A DNA stretch of 64,000 nt from the NCBI RefSeq assembly GCF_002113885.1, contig NW_018404070.1, positions 107,157 to 171,156 on the forward strand, in the 5' to 3' direction. This document shows, one piece after another, positions 14,386-28,560 of the stretch. The position numbers and the translations under genes were made by a program. This DNA comes from Mizuhopecten yessoensis (Eukaryota). Position 1 is the first letter of the stretch; every line of letters begins with the position of its first letter. The notes under the pieces were generated by a model. The model saw only the letters and a list, made by a program, of their open reading frames with translations. It searched no databases and was not told the origin of the DNA.

Positions 14386-14606
14386 GGGGGCCACTGTGGC
14401 CAAATGATTAAGGTGTCTGACTTTCTGCTACCATTAGCCCTCCACCTCTGGGTCGCGGGTTCGAGACCTTTGTGGGGTAGTCGCCAGGTACTGACCGTAG
14501 GTCAGGGTTTTTCTCCGCAAACTCCGATTTTCCTCCATCACCAAAACCTGGCACGTCCTGGCTTAAATGACCATTGCTGTTAATACACAAACAAACCAAA
14601 CCAAAT
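14386..14606 (+). mobile_element. tRNA-derived SINE with V-domain-like core
   Basis: A box tggccaaatga, B box ggttcgagacc, V-like ggtttttctccg...ctccgattttcctcc, (caaac)n tail, TSD-like ctataagat/ctataaaat. Confidence 0.8.
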
Positions 14607-15843
14607 CTATAAAATTGATATTTTCATAAATAATGAAGATCTAAATGTTTTCAGTGATAATGTTACAGCTTTCTGCTGTAATCACCGCAATTAACTTATT
14701 GTGTGAATAATGAACTGTTACTGAGAGTGAGCAACAACTATTCTGACTTCATAGACAGTATTATTGATTGTGACATTTTTGTTTTAAGTGGACTTTTATT
14801 GAGTTGAACAATCCTTGATTATATCAGTATAAATTCTTTAACAAAAAATGTGTCTCTGAAAACTGAGGTAAAAGTACAGCAAGATTTAAATTATGAATGA
14901 GCAACAGTTGTGTAAGTAGTCTGGTATACCCATGTAGGGGGTTACTCCCGAGTGGAAAATGAGAGGCTGTATTTAGAACAAAGGGATTTGTTTGATAAGT
15001 TGACCGACATCACTGATACTATCTACATAATGGTAATTCATTATACATGGCCCCTGGAGATCAAACAGCTCAAATATGGGTCACTTCTTCTTTTAGGTTA
15101 AAAGGCTTTTAAGTAGAAAGGACTATCCATGCATGAGCAAGTAACATCTTGGAAGTTTGCAGTTTTTCACATCCCTGCTATAAATAATTTGCTGTGACCT
15201 ATATTTCAGATGTTTTTAACATCAAAAGGAAAGTAAGATTGTTTTAAGACTGTATGTCTCTTGTTGCTAACCAAACCTGGTGCTTCTAGTAACCAGGTGT
15301 TGGAAGTACATCTCAGATCTGTATCATAACTATGACTTAAGGCTAGGTAGCTGTGACCTATATTTCCTCAGATTTCTATAAACACTCTAGAAAGGTTGAT
15401 TGTGGGACATATCTGTGTTGTTTTCAGTGAAGTTGGTGCCATTATGTAAGGGAGGTTGAGAGATTTCATGCCATATATACCTGTATTGTAACTACAAATG
15501 TACTTAACTATAAGCTAGCTAGGTCACAGTGGCCTACAGTTCACTTTAACAGTAAGAAAGTCCCTGGTTTTCATGAAAATTGATGTGGATCAAGATCTAT
15601 AGACTATACAAATAGGGGTGGAGGTATATGTGCATAGGATTAATTTTCAGGGGCAGATTATTGTACCAGTTAGTCAATGAGAGAGAAAATATGTGAGCAC
15701 TTGGAATGTTTTGCTTAAAATAGACCTTTCAAACTTTACTTTCACATTGATACAAAGAAACAATGTGCTTGCAGACCAAGGTTTGTATGCCCTTCATGAA
15801 GACATAATATTTCATTTCAACTTGAAGTAGGGCATATGACATA

Positions 15844-17519
15844 CCGTAAAAACCCATGTGATTTGCGCACCTATGTAATTTGCGCACCTATGTAATTTGC
15901 ACACTTATGTAATTTGCGCAGGTACTTTTTGAGGCTGAAAACCCCCCAAAAAGCTTCTACTCGAATATTTTGCGCACCGAAAAAAAAAGAAAAAAAAGAG
16001 TTCAAGTTCCGAAAATCGATCTCTGAAAATGAAAGACAAACCGCTTGGGATTCTTAGGATTTTTGTAATTTGTTTATTATAAGTAAGTTCATAAGTATTG
16101 TTTACAGGTACAATGATGTTAAAACTAAGAAGAAACTGCGTAAAAAGTGTATTTGGTTGTTTGTTGACACACACGTGTGCGTATATCGGCATACATCGTT
16201 CATTTTAGCAATATTTTACATAAAACATTTACTTGCTTACAAAAACATATCAATTAATAAGTAATTTGATGTTTAGTAACCGCTGGTTAATATCTCCTGG
16301 TGAAAGACATAATAAGATACCTTTTATTGATCCTAATTACGATCAGTGAGAAGGGCTCATCATGGCGGCTTGGGTATCGTCACTTCAAACCAGGTCATGT
16401 CACAGTTCAGTTTGGCCACGGAATTAGAATATCTAAGTCTGTGGTTTGGCGATAGTTTTTGGCCACACAATTTTTACTACAGTAAAATCTACTGTAAAAT
16501 TATTAAAATCGGTCATCTGTGGTCATGACGGGACTGCTGGTTTTGCGACATTTACAGGTAGTTAACTGAAGGGCATAATTTCTCCGATATCGTGTGGTCC
16601 CGGACAATAGGCCAGGTAGGATCGCATGCTTCAGCGTAAATTATGGACACTTCTCAACACTACAGTCAATACAAATTACAATGCAGTAATTAACAAACAC
16701 TATATCTGTGATTACCCGTTAACAATAGCTCTACTAATTGAAATGATTTGCAGTCGCGATCAATGGACCGTGTTTTTTTTTTTTTCACTCACCAACACGT
16801 GGCGTTAATTATGAAGTCCTACTGCATTGTCTATACAGACTGATTTGACCGATAAGGGATTATAAAAAAATATGTTTATACTTGAAGCGTGGACAATCAA
16901 TATACCCTCTTCAAATCTACTACAAAGAAAAAACCAATAAAGCAGACTTTTTTTACGATGCTTCATTTAATAAATATTGAAATAATTCACGAGGTTATTA
17001 TCAATCACGTGTTTACGTAATGTTAGACGCGAGATCAACATGAAAAAAACCATGCAGTACGCATAGGCGATTTGAAAAAAAAAACTAACAGAACTTACAA
17101 GGAACGGAGCTTAAATTGAACAACTAGGGCCTACAATTTCGTAATAGTATGGGGAAAATGCACCTATGTCGAAACGTAAGTTGATCGGCGATTCTCTGGC
17201 ATAGGAATTTGGCAAAACTTTCTTTGTTAACGGTTACCTATTTAATAACACTTTTCACATAAACTCAGGTAACAATTGCATGTATCAATTGTATCTTTCA
17301 TTGATGTTTGACCTAAATAAATGTGTTGATCGTCGTTTGTCTTTGAGTTCCGTGTACCAAGGGAGATTATCTCGTGTCCAAGATGGCGGTTTGCCAGAAT
17401 CGTCGATCTTTTCATGGAAAAAACTTCAAATTGCTTATACCTGTGCATTTTATGCACCACCCACTTTGGGTATTAAATTTCTGAAAAAACAGTGCGCAAA
17501 TTACATGGGTTTATTACGG
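15844..17519. mobile_element. Non-autonomous Tc1/mariner (Tc2-like) DNA transposon
   Basis: TA flanks. TIRs CCGTAAAAACCCATGTGATTTGCGCAC and (reverse complement) CCGTAATAAACCCATGTAATTTGCGCAC. Four 17-bp subterminal repeats, CpG-rich interior, no transposase ORF. Confidence 0.88.
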
Positions 17520-18534
17520 TATGCCTGCAATAACTGTGTGTGTTTCTGTGAGTACTATTTTGCCTGTGTGTGTCCCATACTGTGACCCAGTTACCCCTCA
17601 GTGTGTGTCCCATACTGTGACCCAGTTACCCCTCAGATATAATTAAATTTGCGCACGTTTCAGAGAATAGCGCGTAATATTTGTCCTATAGGTACGTGAG
17701 GATCGTATTAGGGCGAGTAATTTGTGCGATTTGGTATTAACCAATGAGGTTGGAGCATGTGTGTGGTAGGACACGGGTGGTTGTAATTGTGTCATTCGAG
17801 CTTCAAACGTAGACGGAACATACAAGTTTTATATCTAAATTGAATTTAAATTTATTTCATATGGAATGTTATGTACATGAATACATTGAGAATATTTGGG
17901 AATCGTATTTATGTTGGATGTATAGAAATCCCAGCAAAACAAAAAACAAAAACCTGAAGCATAGACGGGCTGGTCTACCTCCTGCTGCCGAAAGGAGTTC
18001 AGTTTGGGGGGCGTGCTTGTTTTTTATAGATAAATACGATTGGCAATGAGAGGGAGAGATTGTGGGTTGTGGGGTGAATTTGTCAAAGTTGTATGTAAAC
18101 GTCTTTATCGCATCAAATGCAATTATAATAAATGCCTGTTCTGTCGTTCCATCGGCCGAGTAGCTACCTGCATATATGATGGTTGTTGTAGAGGACCAGT
18201 CCTTGTCACGTGTGTATACCCCTCAGTGATTCCCAGAGACACCTGCAGTACATCAGTAGTATCTATAGTGTGTGTAACAGCTGTCTAATTAAGGTGACAG
18301 TGTGTTTAGGACTGGAGGATACTGCAGGCTAACACATCACTTCTGTGTTAGTGACATTTTCATGAAATACCTACTGTCACTTCATCCAAAATTGTTTGAT
18401 GATACAGTTTTAAATAAAACACATTTGAATCATTTAATGATTCAGAATTGTAGATCTGAAATAAATTACCAGTTGTTAATGGCACAGGTTTAAGGACCTT
18501 ATAACTGGTATCTCATTAGTTACTTCGTACTAGT

Positions 18535-19367
18535 CTTCTCACTCAACTTTTTCTTTGAATAACTTTTTCTTAAGAACTGAATGACCTAGGGTCATGATAT
18601 TTGGCAAGTATATAAGGGGTCAAATATGTAAAGACCTTGAAACAAATTCTTTTGAATAACTAGGAAGCCCAGATTGATGATACTTGGCCTGAAAGTAGGT
18701 TAGATATTATAAATCTTTGAACAACTTCTTCTGAATAACCCGGAGGTACGTAGCAGGGATAAAGTAGTATGCAGTGTCTTAAAATGGATGACCTTGACCT
18801 ACGTTAAATGTCACAGGGGTCAAAGTGTTAAAGTACTTCTACTGAAAAACGAAAACATATATGGTGAAGATATTTGGCCAGTAGCATATATACTATGGTG
18901 TACTATAAAATTTCCACAAATAAATGACCTTGACCTACTTTCAAGAGCTTTAAACAGCTTTCCTTCTGCACAAGCAGAAGGCCCTTGGTGATGATATTTG
19001 ACCAGTAGCATGTTAGGATGTAGTATTATAAAGTTTCCTCAAGTAATGACCTTGACCTACTTTAAATGTCACAGGGGTCAAATGTGTGAAACCTTTAAAC
19101 AACTTCTTTCTATTCTAGCGTGCTAGAATAGAGTAGTACAAAGTTTTATCAAAGAAATGACTCTGACCTACTTGAATAAATCTAAAATGAAATACCCTTG
19201 AACCAAGATGCCGTTGTATAAAAGCAGGACAAGGCTCAATAGAAATAACCTGAGAAAATTGGCCAATTCAGTACAGATTTCAATCAGTTAGTCTAGAACA
19301 CCCAACATTTTCCCATGATTGCTTAAATATCCTATTGAACGATACAGGCCTGACTGGTCCTCTTGTT
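18535..19367 (+). mobile_element. Degenerate HINE family B copy
   Basis: Diverged ~145-bp units (gaccttgacctac..gtcacaggggtcaa) and a 3' end gaacgatacaggcc..ggtcctcttgtt. Confidence 0.7.
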
Positions 19368-20439
19368 TTAGAGATGAATTAGAATGGATGGCCAAGAATT
19401 AGAACAATTGCTGAATTCTAGAAAGTCTTGGATAATTAACGGGAAAAAAAAGTACAATTTTATCCACCACTTCAAATTAACTGATAAAAAGGTTTTCAGT
19501 TGATAATTATCTGCTAACATAAGCAGACGACAATAATTATAGGTAAAAATTCTCTGATGTGCTATCAGCTAAATTGAAACCTTTGACATTTTAGCATGCC
19601 AGACGAGCTAGATTACATATCCGACTCTCTTATTCTTCTGAATGAATGTTCTATTTAAAGATCCATTTTGTCCTTTTCGTCTTTTATGGACTCAAGTTAA
19701 GATATTGGTTGATAGTGATGTTGCGTTTTTTGGCCTGCTAGCTGGGAGGACATTGCCTGAGAGAATCTATCTACGTAGCTTAGTGTTACCAGATTTACTT
19801 AATGTGCAGGATTTCTCTTTCAAAGGCGTTTTAATGCTGATTCTAACGGAGAAAAGTGAAGGCTGCTTCATTATTGATGACTTGTTACTTAAAATATAAC
19901 AAAATGTCAGTAAGGAATCTAAATGTTGTCTGTGGTATTGATGTGGCACTGAAGGACATTACTGTATCACCGTGGTTACCGTGACATTTACATACCTGCT
20001 ATCAGCTGGAACACAAAAACCTCAATACTGTCTCCGCAGATGACTGACTGATTTAAAATAATGGTCTTGTGGTGGTGGTGGTGGTGGTGGTGGCTGGGGG
20101 GATGTGCAGGAGCCTGAAGTTTGGTTGGACATGTACTGATGGGTTATAAGAACTTAGTGATTGAGTTAAAAACAAACATAAAATGTGTCTACTTTGTTTC
20201 CAATCATGAACAGGTCCTGATCCAGCATTAATGAAATCAGTTGTCAGGTTGTTTGCATTTCAAGTCATTTAAGTGTTGTAATACCAAGTTTTGTATAAAG
20301 CATCTTTGGGACCCGCGAATAAAATGTACAAGTTTAATGAAGTGTGTGGGCCCCTTGAGAACGGAGGTGGTAAAGGGTGAAATAGCAGCTTTTCTTAAAG
20401 AAACAAATAATTAGGAACTATTGAAGAGCCAATGTATTG

Positions 20440-20782
20440 TAATGTAACAGGAGAGGAAAAATGCACGGCCAGACTGGGAATTGGAACCCAGGACCCCTCT
20501 AGACAGACGCTCTACCAATTGAGCAAGCTGGTCAATGACAATTGATTCAGTCTAGTTCCGCTACATTCCTCCCTCCTTTTCTAAATCTTTTCCCCTAAAG
20601 ACAACACTTATTAGCAACCCAGGTACAGGTATACCTTTGCTAAGTATAGACCAAATGCTTGAAACAAGAGTTGCTCGGGGGGCACCACTGTAATGGAGAG
20701 GAAAAATGCATGGAACCCCCCAAACTCTTAAGAAATGCTCTACCAATTAAGCTACATATTGACCCTGTCCAGTTCCACTACA
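20440..20782 (-). mobile_element. tRNA-derived repeat, two degenerate tandem heads
   Basis: Reverse strand reads gctcaattggtagagcgtct...ctgggttccaattcccagtctggcc. A second decayed copy lies at 20690-20780. Confidence 0.55.
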
Positions 20783-23120
20783 ATATGTTATATAAGGTCA
20801 CAGATATAATATATATGTGGAGACAACTTGTAGGTGAGCTATATGGGAACATGGGACCTATTGTTGAGATGTTGAATATTGAGAATAATACAATAATTGC
20901 AAGCTTGCAGGTTCTTTTCTATACTTGTATTTACGTTTGTAGAATTTGTCCTTATGTATCAGTTTTTCTGATGACTTTCTGAAGTTGACCGGTTGACCAA
21001 TTTATGTGGTAAGGGGAATATCAATATCAAATATTGGCAAAGTCCATAAGCAAAGGACTGACCTTCAGAGACTTAGTAATACAATATCCACGTGTCTTAA
21101 TTAGTGTTGACATTTACATTAATTCTGGTCAATAAAAGCCAGACCCAATGAGTACCTCTCATGATCACGGTAAACAATCTTACAGGTACTGAAACAGATA
21201 GTCCAAGTAGCGACAGGTTAATAAAAACCTGATCTGAGGTATTACGTGAACATCACAGTAATGGCCTCATTAAACCTGTCATTATATCATACGACATCGT
21301 AGGAGATTTACGCATGAAGTTGTATGTAAATCAATACTGCTAGTAGTTACATACTTACAATTAGTAGTATTTTGAGTTCTGAGCCATGTGGACAGTTTTG
21401 TAATGTACACCATATGAAAACCACATGGTCTGCACTCTACAATCATTCCTGCATCAAAACATGAAAAAGCACTATTGCCTGTGAGCTTGTCAAAACCAGA
21501 ACCAAACACTGTACATAACATTAAAGTCAAAAATGAAAATGACACGGCACATATTCCTGTGTTAACTATGACGGCAACACAGCTTGTCACACAATAAGAC
21601 CCAGACTCGGCACGAAATCCAAGGCCAAGTTAAATCAAACATGCAACCAATACTACCAGTAGTATACATGTGCATACAATGGAATGTGTCTTTGTCCAAA
21701 TTTGAACACTTAAGTTTCTGATAAAAAAAATATGGAATAACTTGTGTACGCTGTGGGGTCGGTGTCACTGGGGGGTCACTGGGGATGTCACTAAGATTGA
21801 GTTACTGATAGTTTTACATAGATTTCCTACTATCATAGTATCAGTGGCATAATTAAAGGGTATCTTCTAGAGGGACTCCAGTCTTTCTCACATGTTTCTT
21901 CCTACCAACCGGTACCTATTTTAACAGCTTGGTAGACTAGATAATGAGGTTAAGTGTCTTCTTTTAACCTGGTACCTGTTGTGGGTCTTTTGACTACTTT
22001 GGACAGAGAACTTGTTATTTACTGCTACACTTTATTGCTTCTGCAAATTATACAAGGACTATAACAAAACCTCTGCTACAGATGACGGACCTTGAACATA
22101 ACGCAGAATTTGTGTTGTCACATATTTATTTCCAAGTAAGGTTCATTTTGACACAAGTGCATATGAAAGCATTTCAAGAAGATGTAAATTTGCTGAAGTC
22201 TGAAAATGTAAGAAGACATTCTTATGTATTTATATATCTGATGATAAAAATTGTGTAGTAAATTGGAACTAGTCCTCTCTGTAAGGTCGATTTAAATATA
22301 GGTACACTCTTAGATTTATAAGTGTGTTACTGTATAAATGAGGTCAGTTCATGTTTCATCGAGCGAGGCTAATATCTTTACTGACTTATAAAAATTCAAT
22401 AACAATTTCTAAATCTTGTTTCCTTATCTTGATAATATCACCTTTGAATGAAATACACAAACAAATATGTATTTACCTACAGTGTTTGTAGGAAGAGCAG
22501 CTGACAGCTACAGGACAAGCTTATTACTTCTGTGTCAATTTCAAATTATATATATACTTCCTCTATTGTCTGGTGATAGGATAACACAGTGATAAAATCA
22601 GCGCCCCGGAGCACCACAGTTTTGACAACAACCATAAACGGCTGGTATATAGACGTGTGTAAGCATACTGTTACATAGTTTTAGGAAGTTCAGATCCCTA
22701 CCAAAAGTGCACATCTATGAACTTTGTAACTTGTTACAAGCAGTGTAGGGACACATGTCAGACGAGGCAATTACGATGGAAGCTTTTGTTTAATGTTCAT
22801 TAAAAGTAGCATTAACATAAGTGTCACAGATGTAGTTAATGTTTGGTCGAGTTGGCTAGAGCTTAATATCACCCTAGGCTAACTGGAGCGGAGCAGTAGA
22901 TTCCTTGTGATTGATGTGAGCAGTGTCGTGAATGACGTTTCATTTCTGTATTGAACCTGGAAGCCTATGGGACTATGGTTTACCACAGGGATCTGTATGG
23001 TCGGGCTTACACTGGTCCAGCTGATAGGCAGTACCTGCCAAACCAGGAATATGTAGTACTACAACCAGTGTCATTATTGGTCTGATTTTCTGGGATTTTA
23101 TTTACAATGTGAAAGTGATA

Positions 23121-23157
23121 ATGGCTTCTCAAGAGAATAATGATGTGGAGGAAAAAG
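23121..23157 (+). CDS. Candidate alternative first coding exon of RasGRP (MASQENNDVEEK)
   Basis: Good start context ataATGG, donor AAG|GTGAGA, phase 1 and in frame with the exon at 43273. Confidence 0.5.
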
Positions 23158-23196
23158 GTGAGAATTTTTACTGGTTGGATACAGCATTCTGTGGGC

Positions 23197-23233
<37 letters not shown>

Positions 23234-23566
23234 CTTACCTTATATACATGACAAAATGCAATGTCATCTTTGCATCAAAAAATTACTTTTAACATTTCCA
23301 GCTGTTTCTTGAAAAATATTTCATTCAAAAACAAGCATGAGAGATGAATGAATGGAGATTTTGGATGCATTAGATATTTAACATTTTACTAACGAGTATT
23401 GAAAAGATATGGATTGAAAAAGGGTTTGCTTCATTTTAGAGAAAGCTGACAATGCTTTGTAAAGTGGTACAGGAATAGTTGGGTTGTTAGTCAATATGGA
23501 AGTGATAATGGCTCTGGACACCGGTCAAGCGGACACCAGGCAGAAATATAAATAATCCATCCAATA

Positions 23567-23661
23567 ATGGAACTAACAAAGTGTCCTCGGAGGAAATCAA
23601 TTTTGTATGATATTGATGACAAACAAGGAATTTATCTGTGGCGGCGTACCTACAGTATGGA
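23567..23661 (+). CDS. Candidate upstream exon (MELTKCPRRKSILYDIDDKQGIYLWRRTYSM), phase 2
   Basis: ataATGG start, protein-like sequence, donor |GTGAGT. Needs a linker exon to join 43273 in frame. Confidence 0.3.
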
Positions 23662-25624
23662 GTGAGTACCTGTAATTACCGAGGCTATTAGTCCTACATT
23701 AGGTATTACATAGTTTTACGTGCTCCACTCATCCTTGACATTATTGACGATCGTACAGGTAAATTGTTTATATACAATGTCTAGTTATATAGAAATACTT
23801 TAGGGTACACCAATACAAAAAATCAACATCCTGAAATAACATTGATGTTCATTTTTTATTATAGGTTTTTTAAAATTTTAATATTTTTATTGTAAAAGAG
23901 TCAATGGGACATTGAGGCAATGTCTGCAAATATAGATAATCTAACAATACTGTGGAAATGCTTCCAAATGTACTGTTTCTCTTTTTCATTTGTTTCATTG
24001 CAGTCAACTGGATAGGGGATGTATGGGTAATTCTTGAGGGTAATTCTGGAGGGGTTACAAAATCGCATGTTTGTACCGGACACCTCTGATTTCTTTGTTG
24101 ATGGTCAGTTGTCCTAATCACATCATAATATAATAACACACACACACACATATATTTATTTCAAAAATTTGAAAAACAGTTACATTTGACAGCAGGTTAA
24201 GATGGTAATGTCATTTTTGAGCTATGGAGTTCATTACTTTTTGTTTTTCCAATAGTGTCTCACTGAATATGACACCTTCACCAACAATTGTTCAGCTGTA
24301 CTTGTTACAGGCTGTAACGACTTTGAGTAGCTCCATTACAGGAGAAAGTTGGACAGCGTTAGACACTGGTGGGATAAAACTTCAAACCTTTCAGGGTAAA
24401 GGTGAATGTCCACCACAGGAAATCACTATAAATTAATAAAATATGTATTTATTTAGGACTAGAGAGATTAGGATAAACCCCAGTGGCCATCCTTCCTAGT
24501 CGATGTGTATCGGAAGTTATGGTCACTGAATCAAAGTCAATGATAATTACACTTGATATGACACAGAAATTAAGTGTCCCCCATCCTGTTTGTCCCCATA
24601 CAAAAGTTATAAAAGGTGGTGACAAGTTCTCTTGAAAATAAATCATAGTAATTTTGAGAAGAAGGTCCCATCCTTTATGCAAAGTGGTAGTGAGGTGATA
24701 TACATTGTATCCTATATCCCCTGACCGAGAGTTTCCGCTGACAAAATATATCTCCTGGTCCGGTCTTCTATAAACGATTGGGGAAACAGGAAGCTTTGCA
24801 ACTAAAGTAAATACCCCATAAACAAATAAACAGTCCAAGTGGCCTGAGAGCTCTACACACACACCCTAGGCAAGTTAACTAGAGTCATCACAGTACATCA
24901 CACACAGTACCACAGGTACATCACAGTACCAGGGGTCAAATCGCAGTAACCAAACATTGGTTTATATCAGGATTTAGGGAATAAAAAGTGAACATGATAG
25001 GAAGATTAGCTTACCTCGTGAGAGAGATTGTAAAATCTTTATTAGTTTTTTATTGCTTTATTAATGATTCATGGTTTGAAGTAGGAGAGGAAGTGACTTA
25101 AATGATTACTCATACATTTAGTTTGGTACAAATTGTCATCTTATTGGAGAATATTTAGTTAAAATAATTAAGCGTCATTGAAAATTTGACTTTCACAAAG
25201 TTTTGACAATTCAACTATCACTTGATTTGGAATGTAACCTGGAAGTGTGAAGCTAAGAGTTCAATGATACATCATCTGCTCAAATATATTCTAGTTTTAA
25301 ATAGTTTTTGTTAGACACAGGGACAAAATAAATGAACTTTAAAGTATAAATATGTATGAATATGTTAAAACAAACATCAAGAAAATTGATTTTGAGCATT
25401 AACTTTATAGTGGAAATACTCTACTGATGTATGTGTAGTTCATGACGACCTGAACCAAAATAATACAATAAATACATCTAAAGAATGCTGTAAGACATGG
25501 ACTGTCATATGACAATGTGAAGCTTCAGGAGTATCATGACAATGCATAATCAATGCATAAAGAAATGAGTTATTTGAATTTCAATAAATACCAGTTGTCA
25601 GTTTGAACAAGGAAAGTCAAGTTT

Positions 25625-25659
<35 letters not shown>

Positions 25660-26114
25660 TTTCTGAATGCAAAACAGCATATATGTTAAATGTATACATA
25701 CCAGGTAGATCACTAAACATATATCATGTTTTAAGATATGACACTTCCACACTAGCATTTATCACACAAAAATAAATATATACTTAAGCAATATCACTAC
25801 ACGAGGTGTTTTTTTTGGCGGTAGCATACTGTAGATAATTACCCAATCTACGTAATGTTTTAATGTTTTTATATGACAATAATTAGTTTATACACACTGG
25901 GCGTTGGTAGTAATATTGCTTAATGTCTGTGTTTCTCAGTATAGAATAAGCAGGACAAGCAAGAATAAAATGTATCTCATCTTCTATATCACTTTTGTCG
26001 CAAGCTTAACGTATTCTTTGACCTCTTGGAAGCCCAATATAACGTCCAAATTCGATGTTAAGGAAATGCGCCTGCATGCGATACTGACTCAACAACCGTC
26101 ACCTACTGATGATC

Positions 26115-27430
26115 CGTCTACCTGGATAGTTGTCACCTGTGTGTACTATTATGTACAGGTGAAATAACGATGGAAGTCTACCTGGATAGTTGTCACCTGT
26201 TTGTACTATTGTGTACAGGTGAACTAACGATGTAAGTTTACCTGGATAGTTGTCACCTGAGTGCTATTGTGTACAGGTGAAATAACCATGCAAGTCTACC
26301 GGGATAGTTGTCACCTGTGTGTAATATTGTGTACAGGTGAAATAACCATGTAAGTCTACCTGGATAGTTGGCACCTGTGTGTACTATTGTGTTCAGGTGA
26401 AATAACCATGTAAGTCTACCTGGATAGTTGTCGCCTGTGTGTACTATTGTGTACATGTGAAATAACGATGTAAGTCTACCTGTATAGTTGTCACCTGTGT
26501 GTACTAATGTGTACAGGTGAAATAACGATGGAAGTCTACCTGGATAGTTGTCACCTGAGTGCTATTGTGTACAGGTGAAATAACCATGTAAGTCTACCTG
26601 GATAGTTGTCACCTGTGTCTACTATTGTGTACAGGTGAAATAACGGTGTAAGTCTACCTGGATAGTTGGCACCTGTGTGTACTATTGTGTTCAGGTGAAA
26701 TAACCATGTAAGTCTACCTGGATAGTTGGCACCTGTGTGTACTATTGTGTTCAGGTGAAATAACCATGTAAGTCTACCTGGATAGTTGTCACCTGTTTGT
26801 ACTATTGTGTACAGGTGAAATAACCATGCAAGTCTACCGGGATAGTTGTCACCTGTGTGTACTAATGTGTACAGGTGAAATAACGATGTAATGCTACCTG
26901 TATAGTGGTCACCTGTGTGTACTATTGTGTATAGGTGAAATAACGATGTAAGTTTACCTGGTTATTTGTCACCTGTGTGTACTATTGCGTACAGGTGAAA
27001 TAACGATGTGAGTCTACCTGGATAGTTGTCACCTATGTGTACTATTGTGTACAGGTGAACTAACGATGTAAGTTTACCTGGATAGTTGTCACCTGTTTGT
27101 ACTATTGTGTACAGGTGAAATAACGGTGTAAGTCTACCTGGATAGTTGGCACCTGTGTGTACTATTGTGTTCAGGTGAAATAACCATGTAAGTCTACCTG
27201 GATAGTTGTCCCCTGTGTACTATTGTGTACAGGTGGAATAACGATGTAAGTCTACCTGGATAGTTGTCGCCTGTGTGTACTATTGTGTACAAGTGAAATA
27301 ACGATGTAAGTTTACCTGGTTATTTGTCACCTGTGTGTACTATTATGTACAGGTGAAATAACCATGCAAGTCTACCGGGATAGTTGTCACCTGTGTGTAC
27401 TATTGTGTACAGGTGAAATAACGATGTAAC
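26115..27430. repeat. 60-bp minisatellite with internal inverted repeat, about 22 copies
   Basis: Unit tctacctggatagttgTCACCTGTgtgtactattgtgtACAGGTGAaataaccatgtaag. Confidence 0.96.
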
Positions 27431-28464
27431 CATAATCAACACTGACATACTGTACCAATACAGATGTGCTAACCAACCTTAGTCAATCATCACCTGGCCA
27501 AGTCACACTTACCATCATTAGGGCAGATACCTTACAGCAAGTGGCTTCATCGTTGACAATAACTTTTACCATAATATTGTAAAATATTTCTGCAGTCATT
27601 TTCAAAATTTTACTAACCATAGTTTATGAAAATCATTTGAAAAATGTAAGAACTTATGAAAATACATTAAAAACTATTTACTTTCTGATTAATACGCACA
27701 TGTTTGCACCTGTCTATGTATATATATTTTTTTATTTTGATTTTTAAAGCATTATGCAGCTTAAAAAAATAAACATTTCAAGGTAACAATGCTTTCTACC
27801 TGTACTCCAATGCTTACAAAGGTTATAGATTTAAATGTCTGTGGATTTTCTCCATTGTCTGATGTCAGTACCATCAACTTCTGCATAAAGGTAGGTGGTC
27901 GCTACAGGTGAATTCAAATCGCGCAGGTGTGTTCAATACCTAAGCAACACAAGTGCTGCACTTAAAGGTATTGGGAGGCAGGGATCTACGTGTGTATGAA
28001 TGTGATAATTGATAGAGACACCATTAGTATAGGGTTCATACAAATATAGGGATTACATTGTATATTACCTAGGATGCTGTTCGTGTGTCGAATCTCAAAT
28101 TGTCTGGACCGTGAGACAATGCTTACAGTTGGGATTCTATGATCCGTTCCTGATTGCTGCTTTAATATTATCAACAAAAGTAGTTACCTTTAGGTTTTCC
28201 AAATGATTTCTGTCTGAAATTAACACAAATGTGATTATGGATGTATCCGATAAAGGAGTTATTTTTGTTGTGAAAAGTACAGCTAAGGTAATGTTACATT
28301 TGTACATGTTTTATATAAAATTTTACTTGTATTAAAGTCATATCCAGTGTTAGAAATATGGCAGAGATATGTTAATTTGCATAATGTTTATTTAAGTTTT
28401 TATCCATTAGTCAAATTTATTTGGAGAAAGATTTGTAACAGAGTACAGATGAGAATTTGGACAT

Positions 28465-28560
28465 GTTCTACTGCAGAGCTCAGCACTGTTTGTTAGGTTC
28501 TACTGCAGAGCTCAGCACTGTTTGTTAGGTTCTACTGCAGAGCTCAGCACTGTTTGTTAG
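28465..28560. repeat. 32-bp tandem repeat, 3 copies
   Basis: Unit gttctactgcagagctcagcactgtttgttag. Confidence 0.9.
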
